The notes beneath the pieces are model-generated. The model was given only the letters and a program-made list of their open reading frames with translations, was not told the origin of the DNA and made no database searches. Both the position numbers and the translations under genes were made by a program. Positions 9,596 through 19,743 of a stretch of DNA of 64,000 nt are shown in pieces (position 1 is the stretch's first letter; each line of letters begins with the position of its first letter). This DNA comes from an uncultured Pirellulales bacterium (GTDB lineage: Bacteria; Planctomycetota; Phycisphaerae; Sedimentisphaerales; CAYZTY01), in contig CAYUIE010000008.1 of the NCBI GenBank assembly GCA_964444665.1, positions 17,163 to 81,162 on the forward strand. Direction: 5' to 3'.

Positions 9596-10003
9596 ATGTT
9601 AACCAATATATTTGAGAAGAAAACAAAGACGAAAAAAATATTATTAACCGACGACGAACCGGATATAATCGCGGTCGTAAGCGCAGTTCTTAAATACAAC
9701 GGATACAACGTCATAACTGCCGGCGACGGCTTCCAATGTCTTGAAAAAGCAGAAAGCGAACAACCGGACCTTATTCTCCTTGATAAGAAAATGCCGAATA
9801 TGGACGGACAAACAACTTTGTTACAATTACAGGCTTCGAAGAAAACAAGTCATATTCCAGTTATAATGTTAACGAGCTGTACGGATGGCGAAGATATTGA
9901 ACTTGCGCAAAAAGGCGGTGCTGCTGAGTATGTCGCCAAGCCGTTCGACCGCTCTGTATTACTTGAAAAAGTCGCTCGAGTGCTGAAATCCAAACCCAAA
10001 TAA
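9596..10003 (+). CDS. Single-domain response regulator (REC)
   Basis: KILLTDDEPD...DLILLDKKMPNMDG...PVIMLT...YVAKPF receiver motifs. Confidence 0.85.
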   Translation: MLTNIFEKKTKTKKILLTDDEPDIIAVVSAVLKYNGYNVITAGDGFQCLEKAESEQPDLILLDKKMPNMDGQTTLLQLQASKKTSHIPVIMLTSCTDGEDIELAQKGGAAEYVAKPFDRSVLLEKVARVLKSKPK

Positions 10004-10056
10004 AACTGACAACATATGCATAACAGATATACAAGTTTGCGGGGGAAAGTACACAA

Positions 10057-11184
10057 ATGGGCCAAGAATTAATAACAATCCTACATGCAGAAGATGATGA
10101 AATTGACCGCCGATTAGTAAAACGGATTTTGTCCGAGAAACAGCAGGCCCTCGAATTCGACCTCGAACAGGTAGACAATGTTTCAACGGCCATCGAATGC
10201 CTGAGGAATAACGAATATGATATCGCGTTGCTTGACCTGGGACTTCCCGATGCCAACGGCATCGAGTCAATCCAAATGGTCAAGCAAATCAATGCAGACA
10301 TACCTATCGTAGTATTAACCGGAGCCACAGACAAAGACAGGGGAATCGAGGCGATAAAAAATGGAGCGACGGATTACCTCTCCAAGGACATCGCATTAAA
10401 AGAGTTATTAGTCCGGACAATCCTCTATGCATTAGAACGCAAAAAAGCAGAGAAAAAAATCAAAGAGGCCGTAGAAACAAAATCAGAATTCCTATCTATG
10501 GTTTCACATGAATTGCGCACTCCTTTGACAGCTATGAAAGAAAGCGTTTCCATTGTCCTGGATGGATTAGCAGGACAAATAAGTAATGACCAGAAAGAAT
10601 GTCTGGACATCGCAAAGAGAAACATAGACAGGCTTGCCAGACTTATCAGTGATGTTTTGGACTTTCAAAAGCTTGAGTACGACAAGATGAAATTCAATAT
10701 GCAGCTTGAAAATATAAACGATGTTGTCGAGCACGTTTATAAGACGATGTCCTGTCATGCAAAAGAGAAGGGATTGGATTTTATCCTTGAACTTGATGAT
10801 AACTTACCAAAAGTAAAGATAGACGAGGACAGAATTACCCAGGTTTTAACAAATCTCGCCAATAACGCATTAAAGTTTACAGAAAAAGGGAGTATTAAAA
10901 TTAAAACAAGCAAGGGAGAAAATATTGTGCAGGTTCAGGTGGTTGACACCGGCTGTGGAATTAAACCAGAGGATATGTCAAAACTATTTCGGAAGTTTGA
11001 ACAATTGGCAACCGGCGGCGAAAGAAAAACGGGCGGAACGGGACTGGGACTTGCTATTAGTAAAGAAATAATCGAGCATCATGGAGGAAAAATCTGGATA
11101 GAATCAGAATCGGGTAAAGGATCGAACTTTAAATTTGTGCTGCCTATTGTAGAGAGACGAAAAATATGTCGAAAAGAATCTTAA
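10057..11184 (+). CDS. Hybrid REC-histidine kinase with no recognisable sensor or TM domain
   Basis: N-terminal REC ([10 protein letters not shown]...[11 protein letters not shown]...VVLTG), HisKA H-box [14 protein letters not shown], HATPase_c N/G boxes ([12 protein letters not shown]; VDTGCGI; [14 protein letters not shown]). Confidence 0.85.
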   Translation: MGQELITILHAEDDEIDRRLVKRILSEKQQALEFDLEQVDNVSTAIECLRNNEYDIALLDLGLPDANGIESIQMVKQINADIPIVVLTGATDKDRGIEAIKNGATDYLSKDIALKELLVRTILYALERKKAEKKIKEAVETKSEFLSMVSHELRTPLTAMKESVSIVLDGLAGQISNDQKECLDIAKRNIDRLARLISDVLDFQKLEYDKMKFNMQLENINDVVEHVYKTMSCHAKEKGLDFILELDDNLPKVKIDEDRITQVLTNLANNALKFTEKGSIKIKTSKGENIVQVQVVDTGCGIKPEDMSKLFRKFEQLATGGERKTGGTGLGLAISKEIIEHHGGKIWIESESGKGSNFKFVLPIVERRKICRKES

Positions 11185-11531
11185 TTGTTGATGATGAACC
11201 GGATGTTCTTAGCCTTGCAGCATTCAGGCTAAAAAAAAGTGGGTATGAAATTCTTACTGCGACCGACGGACAAATGGGGCTTGATATGATAACAAGTGAA
11301 AAACCCGATTTGGTGCTGCTGGACTTGCGATTGCCTAATATGGATGGTATGGACGTATGTAAGCATGTTAAGAGCGATAAAGAATTACAACACATACCTA
11401 TCATTTTATTCACAGCTACTGAAGATGTAAGAGTTGCCGATGTGGTAAAAGAAGTTGATGCCAACGATTACATAGTAAAGCCATTTGAACCGGATAAATT
11501 GATTGAAAAGATAAAAAGCTTCATAGATTAG
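11166..11531 (+). CDS. Single-domain response regulator (REC)
   Basis: [10 protein letters not shown]...[13 protein letters not shown]...IILFTA...YIVKPF. Overlaps the kinase stop by 19 nt. Confidence 0.85.
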   Translation: MSKRILIVDDEPDVLSLAAFRLKKSGYEILTATDGQMGLDMITSEKPDLVLLDLRLPNMDGMDVCKHVKSDKELQHIPIILFTATEDVRVADVVKEVDANDYIVKPFEPDKLIEKIKSFID

Positions 11532-11634
11532 AATAGATACGAGTAGTCAAAAGCTTTCCGTTTATCCTGTCTCTCTCACTATTTGCCGATTGTAATGTCA
11601 ATATGCCTAATATTTCTCAAGGTTATCTAAAACT

Positions 11635-12375
11635 TCACCCTCTTGATTTTTCTCTTGCCTGGGGCTCTCGAAGATAGAAAGGTATCAGAGTAACCGGGTC
11701 GGCGAATTGTCCGGCTAATGCTTTCTTCCATCCGAGTCGATAAAGCTTTTTTGCATCGGCAGGCCAATAATCCGAATCCAAAAAACGCACACCTTCTGCC
11801 TTGAAGGCCTCGGTATAATACACCAAGCCTTCACCAAGCAGCCATACTGGCTCCGGGGTTCCTGAGAATCGTCTGACAAACTCCTCGGACCTCATCAGGC
11901 AGTCCGGCAGGCGTTGTAACCAGCAATCGTTCTGTCTATCGAATACCGCCACAAAAAACTGGCCTCGCTTGGCATCGAGAACAGTAGCTATTGTTTTTAT
12001 CCTGATTCGCTTTTTTCCCATATATTCAACGGCATTCTCGGCTATCACCTGCATTGTATTGACTGCGACAATCCGAGTTCGCCGCGGCAAATTAGCCAGG
12101 TGTATCGTTTTTGCAAGCGTCACCGCTATTCTTATACCTGTAAAACTGCCGGGACCGGCTGAAATATACACTTGCTCAATCTGGTCACATTCCCGACCGA
12201 GTGACTTCAGGAGCCGGAAAACTGCGGGAAATAACTCGGAACTGTGCCGCATAGGTCCGGAAAAAGAACACCAGCAAAGAATCTCCTGACCGATTCCAAT
12301 GGCGAGTGAACCGGCTCTGCCGGATGTCTCGATGGCTAATACAAGCGGATGAACTGTTTTTTTTGCCTTGTGCAT
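11635..12375 (-). CDS. tsaB: tRNA t6A biosynthesis protein TsaB
   Basis: LAIETSGRAGSLAIG...ISAGPGSFTGIRIAVTLAKT motifs. 246 aa. Confidence 0.8.
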   Translation of the reverse strand: MHKAKKTVHPLVLAIETSGRAGSLAIGIGQEILCWCSFSGPMRHSSELFPAVFRLLKSLGRECDQIEQVYISAGPGSFTGIRIAVTLAKTIHLANLPRRTRIVAVNTMQVIAENAVEYMGKKRIRIKTIATVLDAKRGQFFVAVFDRQNDCWLQRLPDCLMRSEEFVRRFSGTPEPVWLLGEGLVYYTEAFKAEGVRFLDSDYWPADAKKLYRLGWKKALAGQFADPVTLIPFYLREPQAREKSRG

Positions 12376-12572
12376 AAATTATCGGACGAATCGCTCTGTA
12401 TTCTCGCGAATTATAGCTGTGAGCAATACTCAGACGGAAAACGCCCATTAATAAGCCGGAATCAGCGAACTTTTCACTTGCAATAAGCCGCTTTTTAGAA
12501 TATACTGTACACACCAGACCTTGCTTATTCTAACGATTGTTTTGGACTCTGTGAATTTCTTTTAGCTTTTTT

Positions 12573-15500
12573 ATGTTCTTAGGGAGGCAAACGGTGAGCG
12601 AAAAGAACCTCTTACCGAAACGGACAACCATTAAAAGTAAAAGCATTTTAATGGCACTATTATTTTCTATCGGCATCTTGTCAGTAACTGCCAATCTGGT
12701 TATGGCTCGGGACGAGGCACCAGAAAAGCAAAAAGTCCTGGCGGAAACAAGTCGACAGTTTATCGAAGTAGGTAAAGAACAACTGCGACGGAATTACCAC
12801 AAGGCTGCGGAGCAATCCTTTATCCGGGCCCGGCAGTACGAGCGGTATCTGAGTGAGGCCGAACGTCAAAACCTCAAGGAACTGCTGGAAACAACTCTGA
12901 CCGCCCAGAATGAGAGGGATAAGGTCCAGGCAGATATCACAACCGCAGGCGAGCTCATTGCAAAAAAACAATTCTTAAAAGCAAAGGCACACCTCGAAAA
13001 AGCGAGCGACAGTCAAGTTCTTACGAAATTCGAACGCGAGCAACTGGAAGCATACATACAGGAGCTTGATACCCAGATAAACGTAGAGCAAAAACGAATG
13101 ACCGAGCTTTATGAAGAAAGCATTCGGCTTTATCAGCAGGGCGAGCTGCAAAAGGCTCAAGAGGGATTTATGCAGGTTGCCCGCAGCGGTATACAAATAG
13201 CACCAACCGAACTGCCTGTAGAAGATTATCTGGCCAAAATAAAATTTGAAGCCGCACTGGGCAAGGCACCTGAGAAACAGTTGACTTCGGAAAAAATCTC
13301 TAAGCCTACAGCAGAACCCCCCAAAGTCGAACCTGACCTTGCCGCTGAGGATCAACTGCTTGATGAAATGTCTGAAAAGGAAGTAAAAGCCGAGATACAG
13401 GAGCCGGCCACCGAACCCCAAGAGCCGAGTGTTGCCGCACCGGAGGCAACCGAAGTCAAGGGCGGATACATCGACCTTGTGCTTCGTAAGAAGCGAATTC
13501 AGCAAAGCTATACACGCGTATTCGTCGATGATGCTATCGACAAGGCCAACAAATTCATCAAAAATGAGAATTTTTCCAAGGCAAAAGAAGCAGTCAACAA
13601 CGCTCTTAGACACGTCAACAAAAACAGGTTATTGCTGGGAGATGAGCTGTTTAAGCAATACCATAACAGCCTGACACAACTGACCACGGAAATAATTCAA
13701 AAAGAACTTAATTTCGAACAGGAAAAAGAGAAAAAACGGCTTCAAAAGGCTCAAGAACTTCAGGAGTCGCTACGAGCACAGCAGCTGGCCGACAGAAAGC
13801 AAAAAGTCAAAAATTTAATGAGAAATGCGAAGAGTTTTCAAAAGGAACTGCGATATGAAGAAGCCCTCGGCCAGATAGAAATGCTGCTTGCGATAGACCC
13901 GTTAAACAACGATGCGTTATTAAAGAAGCTATTGCTGAAAGATGTCATAAGCTTACGCGAACAGCTCAAAGTGCAAAAGGAAACCGACGAGCAGGAGCTT
14001 AAGGTCCTGTTGGAGACCGACAAAGCCGCAATTCCATATGCTGACGAGATAGTCTTTCCAAGGAACTGGCGGGAGCTAACCAAGAAACGCGAAGCACAGG
14101 AAATGGTTGGAATCAGACCAGCAGATGCTATTGTCTATAAACAACTCTTAGAGGTCGTTGACCTCTCGGCGTTGACTCCAGATATGACTTTCGGAGAGGC
14201 CATCGATGTAATACGTAACTCGGTAGAGCCACCATTAAAGCTGTTCCCGAATTGGAAGGATTTAGAGGAAAACGCCTATATAGACCAGGGCACACCCATT
14301 GATATGCAAGGCGAGGTCGGGATGCCTCTCGGCAAAGCACTCGAGCTGCTGCTTGATTTGGTTTCGGGCGGCCTGACGGAAATTGATTACCTCGTGGAGG
14401 ACGGCATAATCACAATTGCCACCCAGGAATCTCTACCCGGCAAAACAGTGATACGCATATACGACATCACAGACCTGCTTGGTGTACCCGCCAATTTTGT
14501 CTTCGATACGGTTATTGAGGAAGACAGCTTTGTCACAAGTGCCGATTCTGATGAGCTGCTTAGTGAAGAAGAGGCAATCGAGCGAGCCGAGATTATAGTT
14601 GAGCTTATTCAGCAGACAGTCGAACCGGACAGCTGGTTTGAGGCGGGCGGAGAAGGCAGCATAAGCATTTACGGCACTCGGCTTGTTGTCACACAAGTAC
14701 CCGAAATCCAGGAAAAAGTCACTAATCTAATCAAAGATTTACGAAAGTCCTTGGGCCAGCAAGTGGCAATTGAGGCCAGGTTCCTGGTGGTAGACGAGAA
14801 TTTTCTTGAGGATATCGGCTTCGACGCCGATTTGAATTTCAAGACCTTCGGCGGCGACCTGACAATACAGGGCTTTGGATATGGCTACAACTTCACCCAG
14901 CCGAGACCGACAAGAGTGCCCGGCTCCATTCCCCCGACTGAAACCGGGGTGATGGATATTCCGATACTGCCGGCCTTCCAGGGCGCCGGCCATATCAAGT
15001 TCCTTGATAACTTACAGGTCGACTTTATACTGAGGGCGACCCAGGCGCACAAGAACGCCACGGCATTAACCGCACCAAAGGTTACTGTTTTAGACGGCGA
15101 ATCAGCCGCCCTGCGAGTACAAAGAGAAACACAATATATACAGAACGTGGATGTGGAAGTTGACAGTGAGACTGATGCGACCACTGGTCTTACGACCGTT
15201 ACAGAAGTAACTGTTGACAGAGATATAGAAGTTCTGGTTACAGGCGTAGTCCTCAATGTTACGCCGACCATAAGCGTAGACAAAAAGTACGTTCTATTAC
15301 GCATCTCCACTTTCACCAGAGAACTGCAGCAATTTGCCACGTATGACGCGGTTCAAGTGATTGCCGGCCAAGAGTTTACGGCACCCTTCTTTTTGCCTGA
15401 AACCGAGATAGCTGAAATCAGAACCAGGGTGATGGTACCTGACGGAGGAACCGTACTGCTTGGCGGCCAAAAATTGAGCGCAGAAGTGGAAAAAGAAAGC

Positions 15501-15653
15501 GGTATCCCGGTTATAAGCAAAATCCCCATTCTTGGCAGGTTCTTTACAAACCGCAGCAAAGTCAAGGACCAGAGAATCCTGCTGATACTGGTTACTCCTA
15601 CGATTATTCTGCAGGATGAGGCCGAGGCCGAGGCGATTGCCGCGATGGAATGA
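12573..15653 (+). CDS. Large secretin-family outer-membrane protein with ~650-700 aa helical/coiled-coil N-terminal region
   Basis: TM/signal segment ILMALLFSIGILSVTANLVMA; long K/E/Q-rich helical region. C-terminal secretin core QVAIEARFLVVDENFLEDIGFD, TAPKVTVLDGESAALRV, IPVISKIPILGRFFTNRSKVKDQRILLILVTPTII. Confidence 0.8.
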   Translation: MFLGRQTVSEKNLLPKRTTIKSKSILMALLFSIGILSVTANLVMARDEAPEKQKVLAETSRQFIEVGKEQLRRNYHKAAEQSFIRARQYERYLSEAERQNLKELLETTLTAQNERDKVQADITTAGELIAKKQFLKAKAHLEKASDSQVLTKFEREQLEAYIQELDTQINVEQKRMTELYEESIRLYQQGELQKAQEGFMQVARSGIQIAPTELPVEDYLAKIKFEAALGKAPEKQLTSEKISKPTAEPPKVEPDLAAEDQLLDEMSEKEVKAEIQEPATEPQEPSVAAPEATEVKGGYIDLVLRKKRIQQSYTRVFVDDAIDKANKFIKNENFSKAKEAVNNALRHVNKNRLLLGDELFKQYHNSLTQLTTEIIQKELNFEQEKEKKRLQKAQELQESLRAQQLADRKQKVKNLMRNAKSFQKELRYEEALGQIEMLLAIDPLNNDALLKKLLLKDVISLREQLKVQKETDEQELKVLLETDKAAIPYADEIVFPRNWRELTKKREAQEMVGIRPADAIVYKQLLEVVDLSALTPDMTFGEAIDVIRNSVEPPLKLFPNWKDLEENAYIDQGTPIDMQGEVGMPLGKALELLLDLVSGGLTEIDYLVEDGIITIATQESLPGKTVIRIYDITDLLGVPANFVFDTVIEEDSFVTSADSDELLSEEEAIERAEIIVELIQQTVEPDSWFEAGGEGSISIYGTRLVVTQVPEIQEKVTNLIKDLRKSLGQQVAIEARFLVVDENFLEDIGFDADLNFKTFGGDLTIQGFGYGYNFTQPRPTRVPGSIPPTETGVMDIPILPAFQGAGHIKFLDNLQVDFILRATQAHKNATALTAPKVTVLDGESAALRVQRETQYIQNVDVEVDSETDATTGLTTVTEVTVDRDIEVLVTGVVLNVTPTISVDKKYVLLRISTFTRELQQFATYDAVQVIAGQEFTAPFFLPETEIAEIRTRVMVPDGGTVLLGGQKLSAEVEKESGIPVISKIPILGRFFTNRSKVKDQRILLILVTPTIILQDEAEAEAIAAME

Positions 15654-15675
15654 TTAAATTGATATTCTTGCAATG

Positions 15676-15709
15676 AAAAAGGAGCGTCTTTAAGGACGCT
15701 CCTTTTTTT
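15676..15709. terminator. Bidirectional intrinsic terminator between the large secretin gene (+) and aroC (-)
   Basis: A5 tract, 9-bp stem AGGAGCGTC/GACGCTCCT (15680-15688 / 15695-15703), 6-nt loop, T7 tract 15703-15709. Confidence 0.8.
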
Positions 15710-15727
15710 CACACGTACAGAGACACT

Positions 15728-17068
15728 TTAACTCGCACTTCTTGCTTGCTTGTCTTTAAGTGTCTGATAACCGTAGTGGGCCATAAGATGGTCAAGTATT
15801 ACCAAGGCAGTATAATTTTCAGCCACAGGCCATATCCGGGCCACAATTGTCGCATCGCGACGGGTAATGGCCGCCAGCTCTTTGTTCTCAAGTGTGTATT
15901 TATCAATTGTCTTTTGCGGCTTGTCAATCGTCGGGGTCGGCTTAACAGTAAGTCTGACAATGATTGGCTGGCCGGTGGAAAGACCGCCCGTAATCCCGCC
16001 GGCGTTATTTGAATCAAAGATAACTTTGCCGTCCGCAGAGCGCATCTCGTCGTTAGATTGAGAGCCCGTCATATCTTTAACGGCAAAGCCGGCACCAACT
16101 TCAATGGCTTTGACCGCACCGATACCGAGCATTTTACCCAACTGGCCGTCGAGCTTGTCGAACACCGGCTCACCAAGTCCTATGGGAACACCGGTAACAA
16201 CAACTTCAACTACCCCACCTGCTGAATCGCCCGTTGCTGAAATTTTGTTGCATACACCGACCATTTTCTCAGCAACCTCAATGTCGGGACAGTTCAGAAT
16301 GTGATGAACACCGTATTTGCTTCGCACCTGCTCAGATTTGAGCCTCGGCGCTTTAGCACGAATCGCCTCGATTTGCTGTTCAATCTCAGCCAGGATTCTC
16401 ATCTTCTCAAGGAACCGCATATCCATATTGATTCGGCCGTTGATGTAAATCTCCTGGTAAAATGGGTCGAGGTCGCGCCGCATTTTCTTGTAATTCTCGG
16501 TATATTCGAAGGCCCGTTCCGCCGGCAAATCGCCACAACGAACCGAGGCAAGCTCTTTGACATAAGAGAACACCTTAATTCCGCATTTCTTCAGAATCCT
16601 TTTAGCCACGCATCCTGCGGCCACAATTGTTGAAGTATAGCGGCCGCTGAAGATGCCGGCGCCAATTGCATCATCGTTTGGGCCGTATTTCACAAACGAG
16701 GCGTATGACGCATGGCCCGGCCTCGGTGTGCGGTTGGTGTCTTGATATTGCTTGATGTGAATGAAATGACGGTCCAGATTGGGAATTAGAATTGTCAGCG
16801 GTGTGCCATTGGTATGGTTCTTATTGCCGGCGCCCTCGACAGTATCCGCCGAGTTTAGACCGGAGTAGATAATCGGCAGGTCCGGCTCTTTTCGCGGGCT
16901 GGACAGCTCATCCGCACCCGGCTTTCTGAGAAGCAAGTCGCCGTAAATCTCCTGCTCGGTAAGCTCCATTCCCGGTGGATGGCCCTGCACAACAGCCGTT
17001 AGGCCTTCCTGATAAGAGCCCCCGGCAACCGTTACCTGAAATAATCGCCCAATATGACAACCAATCAT
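15728..17068 (-). CDS. aroC: Chorismate synthase, divergent long form (446 aa)
   Basis: Colinear motifs GRLFQVTVAGGS, RPGHASYA, GDSAGGVVEVVVTGVPIGLGEPVFDKLD, NNAGGITGGLSTGQPI, TRRDATIVARIWPVAE. Downstream of aroA. Confidence 0.8.
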   Translation of the reverse strand: MIGCHIGRLFQVTVAGGSYQEGLTAVVQGHPPGMELTEQEIYGDLLLRKPGADELSSPRKEPDLPIIYSGLNSADTVEGAGNKNHTNGTPLTILIPNLDRHFIHIKQYQDTNRTPRPGHASYASFVKYGPNDDAIGAGIFSGRYTSTIVAAGCVAKRILKKCGIKVFSYVKELASVRCGDLPAERAFEYTENYKKMRRDLDPFYQEIYINGRINMDMRFLEKMRILAEIEQQIEAIRAKAPRLKSEQVRSKYGVHHILNCPDIEVAEKMVGVCNKISATGDSAGGVVEVVVTGVPIGLGEPVFDKLDGQLGKMLGIGAVKAIEVGAGFAVKDMTGSQSNDEMRSADGKVIFDSNNAGGITGGLSTGQPIIVRLTVKPTPTIDKPQKTIDKYTLENKELAAITRRDATIVARIWPVAENYTALVILDHLMAHYGYQTLKDKQARSAS

Positions 17069-17129
17069 TTTCTCTTAATCTCCGTAATTTTAATTATTAT
17101 TCGGTAGTTATTGTTTTCGGAATATACCT

Positions 17130-18392
17130 TTATTTCGAAAAAACTTCAAACCTTTCCCAAAAGTCAGGGAAAGACTTTGCTACGCACATTTCATTCTCGA
17201 TAACCTGGTTACCTGTAACTAATCCCGCAACAGCGAAACTCATAGCAATTCTATGGTCATCGTGAGGATCTATTTGGGCACCATGCATTTTGGCACCGCC
17301 TTTTATAATAAGCGATGTATCATCGCATTCTGCGGAACAGCCCATTTTATTTAGTTCCGAAGCCATTACCGCTAATCTGTCACATTCTTTGTGCCTTAGA
17401 TGGCCTATATTTGTAAACCTGCTTGTGCCTTCCGCAAAAGCGGCGGCTACGGCCGCAGGCGGCACTAAATCAGGAATATTACTCATATCCTGCTCGATTG
17501 CCTGTAGTCGTTTTCCCTGAATACAAATCCCGCCGTCAGTTTCAGATATTTCACATCCCATCTTCTCCATCAATGTCAGAAAAGCCTTATCGCCCTGCTT
17601 TGTATCAAAGCGCAGACCTTTTACAGTAACTCTCGCCTTACAGACGGCACCGGCCAGGAAAAAGAATGAAGCGCTGCTGTAGTCGCCTTCTATCGTTACT
17701 TCTCGTCCCGCATATTTTGCGCCATTCGGTATTTCTATTCGTTTATAGTTTATGTTTTCTGCCTTTACGCCGAATTCAGCCATCATTTGCAGACTGATAT
17801 CGAAATATGGTTTTTCCGTCATTTCATCGATACACTTCAATGTAACTTCATCCTCCGCGTAAGGCGACGATATAACAATCGAGCTGAAATACTGTGAACA
17901 TTCTCCACCTCTTATCTGTGCGTTGCCACCTTTAATTCCGCCGCCATAAACCTTAATAGGAGGAAAGCCCTCTTTCTCAAGATACTCTATTGTGCAACCC
18001 AATTGGCGCAGGCCGCCAACTACCTCAAGAATCGGTCTTTCGGTAATCCTTTTGTCTCCCGTGATAACTACCGGCCTATCAGACAGACAGGTTGCCGAGG
18101 TTAAAAAATTCATCCCGACTCCGGACTGACCGACGTCCAGCTCATCGCAAATAGGCGTATATCTTCCGCCTGTCCCCTGAACAATAATCCTGTCGTCTTC
18201 ATTCTTGATTTCCACGCCAAGTCGTCTAAGACATTCGATAACTTTTACCTGGTCCTGGCCGAGTAATGGATTGTAAATTGTGCTCCTGCCTTGGGCCAGA
18301 AAGCTGATGATTAAGGCTCGCAAAGTGTGAGCCTTGGACGGCGGTGCTTTTGTTATAATGTCCATATTGCGGATTTTATTGACAGTTTTCAT
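17130..18392 (-). CDS. aroA: 3-phosphoshikimate 1-carboxyvinyltransferase (EPSP synthase)
   Basis: PPSKAHTLRALIISFLAQG, DRPVVITGDKRITERP, DHRIAMSFAVAGL. 420 aa. Confidence 0.9.
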   Translation of the reverse strand: MKTVNKIRNMDIITKAPPSKAHTLRALIISFLAQGRSTIYNPLLGQDQVKVIECLRRLGVEIKNEDDRIIVQGTGGRYTPICDELDVGQSGVGMNFLTSATCLSDRPVVITGDKRITERPILEVVGGLRQLGCTIEYLEKEGFPPIKVYGGGIKGGNAQIRGGECSQYFSSIVISSPYAEDEVTLKCIDEMTEKPYFDISLQMMAEFGVKAENINYKRIEIPNGAKYAGREVTIEGDYSSASFFFLAGAVCKARVTVKGLRFDTKQGDKAFLTLMEKMGCEISETDGGICIQGKRLQAIEQDMSNIPDLVPPAAVAAAFAEGTSRFTNIGHLRHKECDRLAVMASELNKMGCSAECDDTSLIIKGGAKMHGAQIDPHDDHRIAMSFAVAGLVTGNQVIENEMCVAKSFPDFWERFEVFSK

Positions 18393-18536
18393 ATATGCCT
18401 TATTGACCGGTTTTTGATTCTTCGTGGCTACCTTTGATTTTATTCACGTTTTTACCAGAAATAACGAAAAATTAAAAGAAGTTTTTGTTTTCGTGGTTTG
18501 TGTCTCTTGTATCCTGTCATGGAGTGGACTTCATAT

Positions 18537-19145
18537 TCAGCGCAGAATCTCAGAATTAGGAGCGGCCTCTATCAAAAGTCTTATTGTTGAGCCGTTTGGG
18601 TCCCAGCCTTTAGTTGTAAAAAGATAGGCAGTGAAGCCGATAATGGAGGTATCGTTTGCATCATCAGTTTTTGTTGTTGAGATAGCACTGTTGCGTTGCG
18701 GCTTTAAACTAACAGCCTCAGGGCGATAGGCATAAGAGCGAGGGCTATTTATCATAGCGCCGACGACAAGGGAGCCTGCTGCGTCAGGAGAGTTTGAACC
18801 ATTGACCGAGAGTAACGTGAATTTCAGCGAAAAGGCCTTGTAGTCTCTTATGTCAATATCTGTTAATAAGCCCTCACCACCATTTGTGCATGACACATAA
18901 GATATCGAGTAATTTGGGCTCTTATGGTCGGGAAAATAAATTTCAAACTCGACACCTGGCCCTTCAACATTTGCTTTTCTTATGACCTCTGACATAGAAT
19001 TATGATGAAGATGTCTATCCAGCAGCATCAAATCATCATCGGATAAAGTAAACTTGTTACTTTTCCTGCCTTTGGTACAAGATACTGTACTTAATAATCC
19101 CAGCACCAGAATGACTATCACCTTTTTCATTCGTTTTCCTGTCAA
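18537..19145 (-). CDS. Hypothetical lipoprotein
   Basis: Signal peptide with lipobox LLSTVS|C. No family recognised. Confidence 0.5.
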   Translation of the reverse strand: MTGKRMKKVIVILVLGLLSTVSCTKGRKSNKFTLSDDDLMLLDRHLHHNSMSEVIRKANVEGPGVEFEIYFPDHKSPNYSISYVSCTNGGEGLLTDIDIRDYKAFSLKFTLLSVNGSNSPDAAGSLVVGAMINSPRSYAYRPEAVSLKPQRNSAISTTKTDDANDTSIIGFTAYLFTTKGWDPNGSTIRLLIEAAPNSEILR

Positions 19146-19743
19146 AAGATTCTATTATGACCTTAAAATCTATTGAGTAAATTATAAATACTTTTATAAG
19201 CAGGCGATAGCAAAGTTGTAATTTTACAATCTATGCAGGCCCAATGGAATAATATCTTCTGCTCCTCAGGATTATGGCCGAAATTTGTCAATAAGTTTCC
19301 CCGGTTTAAGTACAACTCTCGGTTTCTTAATTACTTATGCACATCACCTCTTTGAACGACCGATAACAACTCACCTCACTTCGAAACTCACTCAAGGCCA
19401 GCAGATTCTCGATGAGGTTTTGTCCACCGGCCAGAAAGCTCAGCGGCACCACACGAATGGTGTGAGATTTAGAGGCTGGTATCGCAAAATTCCCCTTAAC
19501 CAAAATTTTTTACGTAAACCCCATTTTTATTGGAACACCCTCGGCCCTGCGCGCATCCTTATAAACAAGCAATAGCATAAGCCATTCCGGCAATAACGCT
19601 CCGGACGGCTTCTTTATCTCAAGATGCCGTCGTACTAATGTACTTTTTGTCTTTAAGGTCCTGGGCGATTATTATCGCCCTAAAAGCGGAAAATCGAGGG
19701 AAAAAAACGACAAGTCTGCAACCCTTCAAAGGCGATTTTTCGC

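Noticed and set aside
12975-13613. 212-aa minus-strand ORF and neighbouring minus-strand ORFs inside 12.6-15.7 kb
   Set aside because: They are antisense to the large secretin gene. They arise from low-complexity Lys/Glu/Gln codons read in reverse, giving Phe/Leu/Cys-rich nonsense.
19285-19575. 96-aa plus-strand ORF in the intergenic region upstream of the giant protein gene
   Set aside because: It has no RBS and no recognisable domain, and it starts at a non-ATG codon in an otherwise noncoding-looking region. The minus strand looks more like decayed coding sequence (see findings).
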